From NCBI GenBank assembly GCA_010093995.1, contig ML992510.1:385504-449503 (forward strand): a stretch of 64,000 nucleotides of DNA. The letters are read 5' to 3'. Within the stretch, counting starts at the first letter, position 1. Every line of letters starts with the position of its first letter. The notes beneath the pieces were generated by a model. The model did not search any database. It was not told the DNA's origin and saw only the letters and a program-made list of their open reading frames with translations. This DNA is from Elsinoe ampelina. Its lineage: Eukaryota. The position numbers and the translations under genes were made by a program. Positions 25,915 to 38,301 of this stretch are shown piece after piece.

Positions 25915-26087
25915 TGGGGATACAAGGGGGGAGGAGGCACGAGGGGTGATGACTTTCTTTGTTGATACCATGTTCGCTCGTTACGCATGAGCTGGAGGAC
26001 GGCCGCTCGCGAGTTGTAGATATGCAATGCATCGCTTTCGTGATTGATTTTTTTTGTACAGGCTATGACTTGGCTTCGCTCGATATC

Positions 26088-29000
26088 TTATGCCGCTTGG
26101 TACTTCCTTAAGTCGAGTGTCAAGGCTCTGCTCGAATTGATTGCTTGATCCCTCATGACACCGACCAATGTCTCACTGTTCTGGAAAAGACCGGCCTGTT
26201 GGATGTTAGTAAGGACCATCGAACGTCATGCTGTTAGACTTACCTTCAAGCTGATGACCACAAATTGCATTCCTGGTCTTGCATGCTTAGCCACATAGTC
26301 TGCCAAGCGAGTGGTGTTTGCCACGTCCAGTGCAGCATCGACCTCGTCCAGCACGAAGAATGGACTGGGGCTGTACGTGTGGATTGCAAACAGCAGTGCC
26401 AACGCCGCCATGGTCTTTTCTCCTCCAGACAAGTGCTCCATGTCTCGGAACCGCTTGAGTGGAGGCATGGCATGGTACTTGGTCCCACCAAGGTATGGCT
26501 CAGTGTCTTCTTCGAGCGACAGAGATGCCATGCCACCAAGGGGAAAGGAAACGGTCGACGTCAATTCCTTGTAGACAGTATCAATCTGCGCAGCAATATG
26601 CTCGTATGCCTTGGAGAACAACTCATCACGCTGCTCCTTGACTGCCTCAAAGGTACGCTTCGCGCGGTTCATGTCGTTGAGTGCGGCCTTGTACTGTGCA
26701 TCGTAATCACGCAGTCTGTTCTCGGTGCTCTCAAGACGTTCATTAGCACGAGCATGTGGCGCCATCTTGTCCAGCTCTGATGACAGTCGATCGATGGTCT
26801 CCTTGAGTTGACGCTCGGTCGACTCGTGCTCGTCCGAAGGTGCCTCCTTCAATTCGTCGTCGAGATTGTCAAAGTTGACAATGATGCCGTAGTCGTTGGC
26901 CTCTGGTGTCTGTGGTTGGGAGGGGTCTTCATCGATATCCATAGCATCTGGCTCAGCCTCTTCAGCATCATGTGGGAGCGACGAAAGCGGTCGAGATCCA
27001 CGCTGCAGCGGAATTTCAATCTTCTCAATCAAACATGTCTTGAGAAGGTTGTATCGTGACATGTTTGCTGACGAGATCTCCTCTTGCAGCGCTTCCACGG
27101 ACTTGATCGTGTCTTGTATCGACCTTGATCGTTTATCAACCTCGCGACGGGCTTTCGTGACCGTCTCTGCCCGTTGTCCCAAGGTCTCCTTTCGATTCTC
27201 CGACGTAGCATTCAATTGCTCAAGCTCGGACTGCAAGGACTCAAGAGCGGAATCAAGATCAGCTTTCTCGGCTTCGAGATCCTCGATACCACTCTTAGCG
27301 TCGGCCACTTCCTTTTCCAGCCTTGCGATGCGCTCATTTGTCTTTGAAAGGCGGTCATTCTCGAAAGAAAGCTGACCTTGCAATCGACTGATCTGCGTGG
27401 TGTACTCCAGCTTCCTTTGTGCAGCCTCTTGTTGCATAGTACCTTGCTGACTTTCGTACGACCGGATGGTAGGATAGCCAAGTCTGCGGCAAAAATCTGC
27501 AAACACCCTATCCTCGACCCCAGAGACCGTGGTTGTGGCCGTATTGAGTCGTGCGCGAAGACTTTCAAGCCCTCGAGATTGCTCCGTCAGTTTTGGTCGT
27601 GTCTCATTGAGCTGGTTATTGGCATTCTGAACTTCTCGTCGTTTGCTTTCGAGGTTTCGTGTGAGGTGCTTCAACTCGTCCTCGATGAAAGCCCGCTTCG
27701 ATTCCAATCCAGAGAGCTCACCCTGTAGCTCGTCTTCCTCATCCTGTCGATTGTGTGTACTGGGCATGGCGGCAAGATCAGACATGTACTTGTCCTTGAG
27801 CTTGTAGAACCCATCGACTTCGCTATCGTCAAACTTGCGAGCATTCCTCTGGTCCGGTCCTTGACCACCAGTCATGTTACCACCCTTTGAAATGACAGTA
27901 CCGTCGATCGTGACAGCTTTTGCGTCGATCCGCCTTTCGTAGCAAAGGTGACGAGCTATCTGGAGAGTGTCGCACACAATACTGTTGCCGCACGCGTAAG
28001 ATACTGCTCGCTCAATTGCACTGTCATAGTCGAAAGTGTCCACGGCCAAGCGCATACCAGGATGCATTCCCCTAAGACTTGCGTCCGGCGCTTGGTGCAT
28101 AATCGTGTCGAGTGGGATGAAGGTAGCTTGACCAGCGCGCTGTGCTTTGAGATAATCGATGCAGTCCTTCGCCGTCTTTTCCGTGTCGACGACGATGGCA
28201 TCGTGATGACGACCCAATACGGTGCTCACGGCAACATTGTACTTCTTTTGTTTCGGCTTGCAAAGACTGTACAGCTGGCCTCGCACACCTGGAAATAATC
28301 GTTTGAGCTGGGCGACCATGTCTCGCATCCTTGCATCCTTTTCCGATTCTTGTCTGGTCTCTCGCGCGTCGGCCAATTTACGGAGGACTTCTTGTAGCTT
28401 CTCCTCGATCTCACGGCGTCTCTGTTGAGTTCGGATGCGTTCAGATTGCATCGTGTTGAATGCCTTCTTCTTCGCCTCAACATCACGCTGAATCGACTTG
28501 ATGCTTGCATTGAGATCTTTCTGACGAGATTGCAAGTCGTTGATCTCTTCATTGAGGCGCGAGACCTGATTCTGACCAGAGTTGACCTTCTCTTGCAGAC
28601 TCTTCACGGTCTCCTCGTCAGTCTTGAGCTGTCGTGTAATCTCATCAATCTCGATTTGACTTGCAGCTGTTTCACGATTGACCTGTGCTCGGAGTTGTCC
28701 ATATTGTGTGAGGTCAGCCGCGCTCAATTCTCGGCCAGTCTGTTGTTGAGCATCTCTCCACTCGCGTTCCCACTTTGTCTGAGCTTTCTGGACATTGTTG
28801 AGATCCTTTTGCAGCTTGTCGACGGTCCTGGTATAGCCGTCTCGTTCTTTGGCAATGACAGCAATACGACCTTGAAACTTTTCGATCTTTTGCTGAGATA
28901 GGGTAACCTTTTCGTTGATCGGCAGCACGCTGTTCTCCGTCTCCTCGATTTGCTTCTCTTTGCGCTTAATCTGTTTCTCGGTTGCATCAACATCCCGCTT

Positions 29001-30059
29001 AGCCGCGGTCTGATCACGTCTCGCTCGTTCCAATTCGCTCTCATGTTGTGCTATCCCGCGCTTGAACTCCTTAAGCTCTTCCTGGTATTTCTGAATCTCC
29101 TCGGTCGACTCTTCGATTGTTTGCTGGAAGGTGTGCAGCTTCCAGAGAACGTGCGTGATGACCGCCTCGTCACGTTCATCTTGCTTCTTCGCAAAGTTGT
29201 CGGCCTCTCGCTTTTGTTCCTGGTATTGTTTGATTTCGGAGTTGATGCTGCGACGCTGTTGCAGCTTCGTGTTGTGAATTTCTGTCGTGCGATCTAGCTC
29301 AGCTTTAAGGTCGTCGTAGTCCTTCTTGTAGTCAAGACTGCCGCTGATTTGCTCGATTAAGCGGGTGAGATCCTTTGCGCTCTGCGACGCTATCGCTTCG
29401 ACGTCGCCTTGGAATACAAGAAAGTTGCGCGCCTTTATCAAGATTGACTCCTTCTCCAGCGCCTCATTATACTCTTTGGCGTCCACTCGACGATTGTTGA
29501 TGCGGTATTCCGAACTACCAGAAGAGGTGATGATGCGCTTCCACTGCTGTTCTGCTCCATCATCGTCTTCGTACACTGCCATTACCCATGCTGTGTTGGA
29601 TTCTCCGCCCCTACCAGAGCTTCTTTGCGTGCCATTCTCCTCTGGCTCCGAATCTTCCTCAGCATGACCATTGGTGTTGCCGTTCGTGGTGCCGTTGGTG
29701 TCGCCATCAGCTACCGCATCTCCATCTTCGTTGACCTTGTTTTGTTCGAGCACGCGACCGCGATACACCAAGTCGCGCAAATGGCTGGATCGAAGGTGGG
29801 ATGATTTGATTCCAAGCACAAAGGAAATGGCGTCCATGCTTGGATGCGTTAGCGAGCTTTGCCTTTCCTAATCATTCAGACGTACGAGTTGGACTTGCCC
29901 GAACCATTTGGCCCGATGATAGAGGTAAAGTACGAATCTCCAAAGTGCATGACATGGTGGTTTTTGTACGACTTGAAGTCTGTTGGGTGATTAGCGAGGT
30001 TCGTTCTGGAGGATAGTTGGTCGCATACTGAAAAGCTCCAGGCGTATAAGCTTGCCCAT
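26088..30059 (-). CDS. SMC1: Cohesin subunit SMC1 (4 exons: 30059-30029, 29979-29886, 29838-26244, 26195-26088)
   Basis: MGKLIRLELFNFKSYK start, Walker A GPNGSGKSN, NFLVFQGDVE, hinge GNMTGG, signature LSGGEKT, Walker B FFVLDEVDAALD, C-terminus LTLDLRKY. Three GT-AG introns with branch sites. Confidence 0.96.
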
Positions 30060-30141
30060 CTTGAGTCCTGGGTGAATTGCAACAGCGCTGATATGGTCAA
30101 GAGTGTAGCAGTGGAGAAGAGAAGAGGCGGAGACCACTTTG

Positions 30142-30158
30142 ACGCGAGCTCGACGCGT
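30142..30158. promoter_or_regulatory. Candidate MCB (MluI cell-cycle box) pair upstream of SMC1
   Basis: ACGCGA (30142-30147) and ACGCGT (30153-30158), ~85-100 bp upstream of the SMC1 ATG. Cohesin genes are established MBF targets in yeasts. Confidence 0.5.
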
Positions 30159-30537
30159 CTCTCAATTAGGAAACATTCATTTCTGCATACTCTGAGATAT
30201 AGTCAACTGTAGTCATCTTCACATGCAGAAACAAGAGCTTGGGCCAATGACGAATGACCTCAGAGGCACGTCCAGAAACAACAGGCACACCGACATGCAT
30301 TTTTACCCTCCATCCTGCCTGCGACATCTAGCCCCTCCTGTGGCCGTTCTCATGCTCTGCCCCGGATCTTTGCAGCCTGGTCTAGTCACAATAGCCTTTT
30401 CGCATCAGGGATAGACGTTCCGGGCGCGTGATACTTGAGCTCCGGTCTGGCACAAATCACCTGATCACTTGCGCGACTCCTGCCAGGATATTTGTCTGCC
30501 TTGGTTGGGCACACAGTGTCCTCGATCTCCTACCACC

Positions 30538-32273
30538 ATGTCAGACCCTATTGATATTCCAGCCTCAAGAGGCAAGAGTAAATCGATACCTGTCGGTTTA
30601 GAAGCCTCAAATCCTCCTCTACTGGATGAATCACCTCCTCAAGCAGATTATCTATCTGCTGGATACTCCACCTCCTCTGGATTCTTATCTGGTACGCCAG
30701 GATTTGACGGCATGCCTACCACTCCAGGAACTTCTGTCGGAACTCCAGGCGGCCTGTCCAGGAGTGCTTCTCAGTCAAATTTCAGCGATTATGTTGACGA
30801 TAGTTTCCCTCCTCTGGACCGATTGACCGTCTTCGACGTTCTCGAGAATTTTGCCCTGCCACAGCACTTCGAGCGCATTCAAGAAAGAGTCCGTAAGCAG
30901 CAGCAAAGAATACAGAGGAGCGGCAAGAACGCAAAGGACAAGGTCGTCGAAGAATGGCGCAGACGTGTCCCTCCCCCTGATGAGCAGCTCGAGAAGTACC
31001 GCAAGCGTATGCGCGACAACGTGGATCGCATGACCAAGAGATGGAATGATTCAAAGTATGTCACTGCTCGGGAGAAGATGAGCTTCATCTTTGGAACCCT
31101 CAACATCTTCATATCTGGTTACCTGATTGGCGCATTTCCACAATACTTCCACTACTGGTATACCGCTCAGCTGCTCTATTTCATGCCTATCCGTTGGTAT
31201 ACCTACCATAAGATCGGCTTTCACTACTTTCTGGCGGACCTCTGCTACTTTGTCAACTTTCTCCTGATACTCTGTATATGGTTCTTCCCGGGAAGTAAGA
31301 GACTCTTCATCTCGACCTTCTGCCTGGCATTCGGCAACAATGCAGTGGCAATTGCAATGTGGCGGAACTCTCTTGTCTTTCACTCTTTGGACAAGGTGAC
31401 AAGGTATGTACGACGCCCTCTCTTGTCAAATAGCTGCTTACATATGAAAGTCTGTTTATCCACATCATGCCATGCGTGACTCTGCACTGCATCATTCATC
31501 TGTTGCCAGTGGAGGATCAGATCAAGAGATTCCCAGCAATGCATACGATCAAATATTCTGCCCGAAACACTCCAGAGCACTATTCGTTGCGGAACATGGT
31601 CATTTGGGCGACTGTTCCCTATTTCGTCTGGCAAATATCTTACCATCTGCTTATCACTGTGCGACGACGAGAAAAGATCGCCGCTGGCAGACCAACTTCA
31701 TTCACATGGCTACGCAAATCTTATGCGAAAAACTTTCTCGGAAAATTCGTGCTTTCACTGCCAAACGCCTTGCAGGAGCCAGCTTTCATGGGCATTCAAT
31801 ACTCCTATGCCTTGCTTACTATGCTACCATGTCCACTCTGGTTTTGGTATAGATGGGCGAGTGCTGGATTCTTGATGGTTGTCTTCACCTGGGCGACTTA
31901 CAATGGAGCTACTTACTACATTGATGTTTTTGGTCGTCGAATGGAGAAGGAGCTCGACGCTCTCAAGAAAGAGGTCAGGGCTATGGCGTATGATGAAGGT
32001 AAGAGCCCGATGATCGCCGCGATTCGTGGAGACGACAAGGGCAAAGACGGCTTCAACCTAGATGGCAGCAATAATGGCAACGCCAAAGGTCACAAAGCTA
32101 GCGACTCCGTCGACAAGATCCCACTCCTGGACAAAGAGACAAAAAGAGAGTCCGCAGACGATGGAACGCGAGTGCAAGCGGACGAGAAGAAGGACGAAGG
32201 CAACGTGGCAGCAGCAGCGAGCACAGGCGCACAGAATGGTTCCATCACGGAAGAAGGCTTGCGAAAGAGGTAG
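30538..32273 (+). CDS. GPC1: Glycerophosphocholine acyltransferase (DUF2838 family), 2 exons
   Basis: Motifs HYFLADLCYFVN and WRNSLVFHSLDKVT-(intron ~31404-31450)-SLFIHIMP, GRPTSFTWL, YNGATYYIDVFG; multiple TM segments. Confidence 0.85.
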
Positions 32274-32529
32274 ACAGTACCGAGTTGACCGATTGGTTCC
32301 TAGATCGCGGAAGCATGTGGTATACTTGTCGTTTTTCGTTTCCGCAAGGCGTCCAGGATCTTCCTAATCACGTTCTCACGTAGTCTTCACGTTCAATGAT
32401 ACCCCAGCGCCCTCGAGCGCCGCTTCCAGCAACTCCTTCATACATCGACTGTTGCTTGAATCATCGGTACTCTCTTGACAACGTTGTGCATACGCAAGAT
32501 ACATGCATTGATCTACGAAATTTCCCCCA

Positions 32530-34686
32530 CTACACCACCGCCAACGTGACCACTACAGCCCTCAGCCTCCGCCCCTTCGCATCCCAAAGCCCAAAACACG
32601 GCACCAAAACCCCTCCTATCCCCCTCACCACTCCCTCCCCCACCTTCCCAACAGCGTACACCGTCCTCAACCCCTCCATCATCCCACTCATCACGCCCCC
32701 TAGATCCCCTCCCTCCTCCACAACGACCCACTCCGCCACGACCCTCCCCTGCCTCTCCGACACCACCCTCCACCTCTCCCCCCTCCCCCCTACATCCTCC
32801 ACACTAAACCTCCCCTCCTCCTCCTCCCGCCACCCAGTAGCACACCACTCCACCCCCGCCCCCCTCGGCAACCCCTGCACCTCCGCCGCAAAAAACGGCG
32901 TGATGCAGTCCCGCTGTATAGTGTCCCTATAAAGCGACTTCACCCCACCCGCTCCTCCCCCTCGGGAAGCGAGCCCATGCTTGACGTCCCATACATCGAC
33001 TTCATCATCACTCTCTACCTCCCCTGCCGCTTCTCTCCCCTGAACGGCAGTGGGGCAGGGGGAGTGCAGTGCAGCCCAGACTTGCGCCCCGGCCTGCACG
33101 TAGGTCAGGGGGTCGGGGACGGCGTCTCGGCCGATGCATAACACGCCGCCTAGCAGGCAGGTGGTTTTCATTGTCTGCGCGATGCGGGAGAGGTGTTGCG
33201 CTGACAGGAGGGTTTGTTCGAGAGCGAGGTCGGAGGGGGAGAGGGATTGCGGAGTGTACATCTCCATGGTTGCGGGGATGAGGGGGATTTGGCCTGCGAT
33301 GTGGACTAGGGATGGCGCCGGGCCGGTGTCGGAGGGAGAGGGGAGGCCGAGGGAGATGGCTTGGGAGTATGGGCCTATGTTGGCGGGGGCCCAGTAGGAT
33401 TGGGATTGCACGTGGAGGGCGGCGCGGGGGAGGGAGATGGAGTGGGTGAGGGAGAGGGAGATGTGGGTGGTTGGTGGGAGGAGGGGGCCGCAGGCGATGG
33501 TGACGCGGGAGGGTGGGTTGGGGGTGGTGAAGAAGCTGCCGTAGATTTTGTTGATGGTGGGGAAGTCGGCCATTGATTTAAGGAGGATGGTGGTGTGGTT
33601 GATGGTGGAGGGGTCGATTTGGTGGATCTCTCGCAGATCGTTGATGATACCCTGGGCCTGTTCTTCCGCTGTTGCGCCGCTGTGGGTGAGGTTTGCCAAT
33701 TGTTTGATCTCGCCAGCTGAACAAGTGGTGATGGGAAGGGTACCTTGAGGCGTTGTCATACCCTCGATAGGTGAAAGAGTATCAGTTCCGTCAGTATAGC
33801 GATTTGCTTGCCGGGCGGCTTGTCGAACAGCGTCGAAACGTCCGTCAAACATGTCAGGGATCCGAAGCGTTTTACCCTCTGTATTTTCAGGCTCCTTTGC
33901 TACCAGGACGGCATCCAAGAGTTTCAGTGTTGCAGTGCCGCCCTCGCCATACAGTGTCTCCATCGAGCCTTCACGGACTTGTATCCGATGCTTCCAAAGA
34001 GGTGGGGGTCCGTCCAAGGTAAGAGTCTCGTATTCGCCACCTTCCCCAATAGTCGATCCATCTCCAAGCTCTCCAAATCTCGACGACGCCTTCATCAATC
34101 GAGAGATAGTCCTAGCATTAGCCACGTTGCTCCAGAGCATTGATTCGTCCAGACTGCCCGAGGCGACCTTGATGATTCGACTGTCCTGTCCGGTCTCAGC
34201 CATGTCGTACAGCAACTGCTCTTCTTTGTAGGGTGGGAGGAATGGGAACTGCCATAGATAAGACAGAGGTGTGAGGCCGAGTCGGATGGCGACTGATTCG
34301 ACTCGAGTCCGCTGGTAGTCTGATAGAATGGCCCCGGAACAGACAGCGTTCACTTCTGGATGTGCAGACTTGACTGCGGTAAGGAGGGTGTGCATGCATT
34401 CAACTTCGTCCGATGTTTGCTCGGGTGAATAAGTCTTTGACGTGCTTGTTGCAGATCCAGAGATTGGCTGTCGATACAGAGGCAGTTCCAGAGCTTGTCC
34501 GATGAGCTCGATGACATTATGACCCACGGTCTGGTACATGAAGCTATCTATGTCTTGTGTGCTTGTCTGTTCAGGGTGGAGATTGGCGAGAGCAACGACA
34601 CAATGCCCATTGGCTATGCAATGTTGGATAGAGAATAAGGAGTCTTTGCCACCGGATATCAGTGCGACTACGTTGAGGGGCGGCAT
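32530..34686 (-). CDS. DPH6: Diphthine-ammonia ligase with C-terminal YjgF/RidA-like domains
   Basis: VVALISGGKDS, DSFMYQTVGH, GAILSDYQRTRVESV, GEGGEYETLTLDGP, LHVQSQSYWAPANIGPYSQA. Confidence 0.92.
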   Translation of the reverse strand: MPPLNVVALISGGKDSLFSIQHCIANGHCVVALANLHPEQTSTQDIDSFMYQTVGHNVIELIGQALELPLYRQPISGSATSTSKTYSPEQTSDEVECMHTLLTAVKSAHPEVNAVCSGAILSDYQRTRVESVAIRLGLTPLSYLWQFPFLPPYKEEQLLYDMAETGQDSRIIKVASGSLDESMLWSNVANARTISRLMKASSRFGELGDGSTIGEGGEYETLTLDGPPPLWKHRIQVREGSMETLYGEGGTATLKLLDAVLVAKEPENTEGKTLRIPDMFDGRFDAVRQAARQANRYTDGTDTLSPIEGMTTPQGTLPITTCSAGEIKQLANLTHSGATAEEQAQGIINDLREIHQIDPSTINHTTILLKSMADFPTINKIYGSFFTTPNPPSRVTIACGPLLPPTTHISLSLTHSISLPRAALHVQSQSYWAPANIGPYSQAISLGLPSPSDTGPAPSLVHIAGQIPLIPATMEMYTPQSLSPSDLALEQTLLSAQHLSRIAQTMKTTCLLGGVLCIGRDAVPDPLTYVQAGAQVWAALHSPCPTAVQGREAAGEVESDDEVDVWDVKHGLASRGGGAGGVKSLYRDTIQRDCITPFFAAEVQGLPRGAGVEWCATGWREEEEGRFSVEDVGGRGERWRVVSERQGRVVAEWVVVEEGGDLGGVMSGMMEGLRTVYAVGKVGEGVVRGIGGVLVPCFGLWDAKGRRLRAVVVTLAVV

Positions 34687-35244
34687 GGTGGAGAGGAGGA
34701 ACAGCAAGGGTTGATCTGACACAGCATAAGGATTGATTCAAGGAAATGGCCACGATATCCTACTGTTACAGAGAGGTATTCACAAAGTCCTTGATTGAAA
34801 GGTATGGATAAAATTTCTTGGTTGTTCGGCCACCAGCACGCCAAAAGAACCACTCACAGGCTCAGTCGGAGGCGGCTGACGGCCAATTATGCAATATTTT
34901 CGTTCTGTGGTGCTCTTGACGCTATGAAGCATCACAAAGATGAAGATGATCAAGCAACATTGGGAAACTATAATTTCGAGAGCACCGCCGCACGAAAGCA
35001 GAAAGAAAGAAGTTGGAAGAGAAGACGAGATTTTATGGGCGTGTGGGAGGTGACGCTATGCCTGATTGGGATCAAGGTCACGTGTATGCTCCACTTAATC
35101 ACCCCTTGCGGTATGATATTATGTCCTTCATGCTGCTATCTATTCATACTTTCATATCCATACTATTTGGATGCATTGCTTCGTAATATCTCATCTGAGC
35201 AGATATCGCTCCCCGTACCATGCATTCTTTTCTCATTCCATGGT

Positions 35245-36162
35245 CTACTTGGTAGACTCATTATCCACCGCTTGGACAATGGAACCAGCAGGACCCTGAT
35301 CAAGCCCGTCCAGCTTCTTCATGTCTTCCGAGTCTAGCTCAAATCCAAACACATCGGCATTGGCCTCGATCCTGCTTGGTGTGTCACTCTTCGGCAGCGG
35401 TGACCATCCCTTCTGCAAGCAATAACGAATCAAGACCTGTCCAGTAGTCTTACTGTGCTTGTCCGCAATCGAGTTCAAGGTAGGATCATCAGCCTTCTTG
35501 TTCCTGACCAGTGGGCAGTAAGCTTCGACGATTATCTTGTGCTTGTTGCAGTAGTCGACAATCTCCCTTTGCTGAAGCCAAGGGTGAAGCTCAATCTGGT
35601 TCACATGAGGCGGCCATACTGAGGCGTACTCCTTCATTTTCTCGATGTGACCAATGCCATGGTTGCTGACGCCGATAGCACGGATCAGACCTTCCTTGTG
35701 GGCACGCTCAAGTGCTAGCCACATGCGCTTTCGTGCGTCTAGTCCACCATTCGGCGAGTGGATGAGGAAGAGATCTGCGTACGGCTTGGTGCTTGGATCG
35801 ATCTTCTTGACGCTCTCAACTATGCTCTGATATGTGTCCTCGTCGCTGGATCCGGCTGACAGGATCTTTGTGGTCAAGAAGATCTCTGATCGCGGGATTC
35901 CAGACTGCTGAACTGCTTGTCCGACTTGAGCCTCATTGGCATAGTATTGAGCTGAGTCAATATGGCGGTAACCACTCTTGATAGCGTAGAGTGAAGACTT
36001 GAGGCAAGTGTCCCCATGTGACTGGACATTGATCAGTCTGGAGACCTCAAAATTGTATCGACTTGTGTGAGGTACCTGGTACACTCCAAAGCCCAGAGCT
36101 GGGAGCTTGTACTCAAGATTCACCAACGGAAGCGTGCTCTGCAAGGAAAGCTTGCCAGCCAT
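35245..36162 (-). CDS. Aldo/keto reductase (probably one short in-frame intron near the 5' end)
   Basis: LGFGVYQ, GYRHIDSAQYYANE, DLFLIHSP, IGVSN, VNQIELHPW, LPKS motifs. Confidence 0.92.
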   Translation of the reverse strand: MAGKLSLQSTLPLVNLEYKLPALGFGVYQVPHTSRYNFEVSRLINVQSHGDTCLKSSLYAIKSGYRHIDSAQYYANEAQVGQAVQQSGIPRSEIFLTTKILSAGSSDEDTYQSIVESVKKIDPSTKPYADLFLIHSPNGGLDARKRMWLALERAHKEGLIRAIGVSNHGIGHIEKMKEYASVWPPHVNQIELHPWLQQREIVDYCNKHKIIVEAYCPLVRNKKADDPTLNSIADKHSKTTGQVLIRYCLQKGWSPLPKSDTPSRIEANADVFGFELDSEDMKKLDGLDQGPAGSIVQAVDNESTK

Positions 36163-36449
36163 ATTTGAGGTTGTGTAATTCGAGCTTCAACGGAATTTTT
36201 TCGTAGGTGGTGTGAATATCTTGCTCGAGGTCAATTGGCGAAAAAGACAATGCATTGAATTGGCCAATGCAGGTTGAGGACAAACATAGACATGCATCAT
36301 GACGACAGAAGTTCTGCCACCCAGTTTCACCGCCTTCAACCAAGAGCCAGCACGTGGCAGGCGCTGGTGGGGCTGTCAAAAAATGGTCGATCCTGAAGAA
36401 AACATGCTCCGTTCTCACTGATACAAACAACAGAACATCAGGACGCAAC

Positions 36450-37635
36450 ATGGTCCTTCAGGCCATAAAGTACCAGCGAGGCAAGCTGGAAATCCTCGAC
36501 CAGCTTAAGCTCCCTCATGCCGAACATTATGATACCATCACAAATTCTCAGGATGCATGGGCGGCTATCAAAGAAATGCGGACACGGGGTGCTCCGGCTA
36601 TTGCCATTGTTGCAGCACTAGGTCTGGCAGTTGAATTGGCAGCATTAGACGCAACTTCACAGTCACAAGATGCGGTAAAATCATTCGTCATTAAACAGCT
36701 CGACTATCTTGTCACGAGCAGACCGACTGCAGTCAATCTAGCAGACGCGGCAAGGAAGCTGCGCAAGATTGTCGAGGCAGCTGCTGCTTCCTCAGATGCA
36801 AGCGGCGATACCGTCAAAGAGGCGTACATCAAGGCTGCTGAGCAAATGCTGATCGATGACGTCTCAGACAATGAAGCCATCGGTCGCCATGGTGCAAAGT
36901 GGATCGTTGACCATGCTGTACAGAAAGGACAGCAAGTTGGTGTGCTGACCCACTGCAATACAGGGTGAGATTGCTCTCGCTGATCTTCGGAATCGCCACT
37001 GATGACAATACAGGTCCCTAGCCACTGCTGGCTACGGCACAGCGCTGGGCGTCATCAGATCGTTACATGCCGAGAAGTCCTTGAAGCATGCCTTCTGCAC
37101 CGAGACCAGACCTTACAACCAAGGATCCCGGTTGACATCTTTCGAGCTTGTCCATGACCAGATCCCAGCTACACTGATTACTGACTCTATGGCTGCTGCG
37201 TTGCTGCAACTAAAGGGCAAATCAGAGAACATCTCTGCCATCGTCGTTGGAGCGGATCGAGTTGCGGCGAATGGCGATACTGCCAACAAGATCGGTACCT
37301 ACTCCCTCGCTATCCTTGCTCGACACCATGGCGTCAAGTTCTTAGTGGCGGCGCCGAGAACCACCATTGATAGGTCAACAAAGTCGGGGGCAGACATCGT
37401 CGTTGAGGAAAGACCAGGGTACGAGATGACCTTGATCAAGGGACCAAGAGTGAATGGCACGGACATCGTGCCCGGGACCGCCGAGACAGTCAAGATCGCG
37501 GCGAATGGTATAGACGTCTGGAATCCGGCCTTCGATGTAACCCCAGCAGATTTGATCGATGGTGTGGTCACGGAGAGAGGAGTGATAGAGAAGGACGCAA
37601 GTGGGCAGTTCAACTTCGATGGCATCTTTGCCTAG
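36450..37635 (+). CDS. MRI1: Methylthioribose-1-phosphate isomerase (2 exons, intron ~36965-37013)
   Basis: [80 protein letters not shown]. Confidence 0.95.
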
Positions 37636-37699
37636 ATGTTCCCCGGATAACAAGAAGTCAAAATGACCGTATTTGCAAGGGCAACGTGAATATACTAGG

Positions 37700-38024
37700 T
37701 CATTGAGAAGACCCAGTGGATTTCTCCTGATCCGATTTTTGGATCGTGCTGTCTGCTGCCGATCTCGATCTCTCCTCGCTCGCTGCTGATTCTGCCAGTG
37801 TTTGATTCTCGTTGGCCTGCTTCATCAACTCATCGATGCGTGCTTCCAATTTGGTGAGGTGATTTTCCAGCTGTGTTGCCGTTTGCTCTCCTTGAGCAAG
37901 AGCTTGGAATGCCTGCCACTTCCGTCAGGTGCCGAATCATAGCGTATCGTTAAGAGCATTTCACCTTTGCCATCTCACCATCTGCGCTGATGGCGTTCGC
38001 ACGGTCTTGTTCGTCGCCTGCCAT
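37700..38024 (-). CDS. Small (90 aa) coiled-coil protein of unknown function, 2 exons (38024-37965, 37912-37700)
   Basis: ATG 38024, 52-nt intron gtgaaa..ctgac..cag, spliced frame MAGDEQDRANAISADGEMAK/AFQALAQGEQTATQLENHLTKLEARIDELMKQA...SSQ*. Not in the supplied ORF track. Confidence 0.7.
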
Positions 38025-38301
38025 ATCTAAGACAGTGATATTTGGAAACGTCCCGTTCAAGGAGGCAGGGAAACAAGTAGGTATGTGATTGCGGGAATGT
38101 CAAAGGTATACTGATAGTTTACCTTATGCTTGGTGACGTCTGTCTGCGAATGACCCGGAGCAGAGCCGCAGAGCTTCATCACCAATGCACAGACCATTGG
38201 CTGGTTCAAGGCCACACCTCAGTGAGACACTTGCCATCTTCCCTTCACTCTACTCAGTCGGGCATATTCGCCCTTTTGTCTATGCTATTCAGCGCGTCAA
38301 T

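Noticed and set aside
24927..25971. Long alternative-frame and antisense ORFs (275 aa, 266 aa)
   Set aside because: Low-complexity Arg/Pro/Gly shadows caused by extreme C/G bias in the real CDS.
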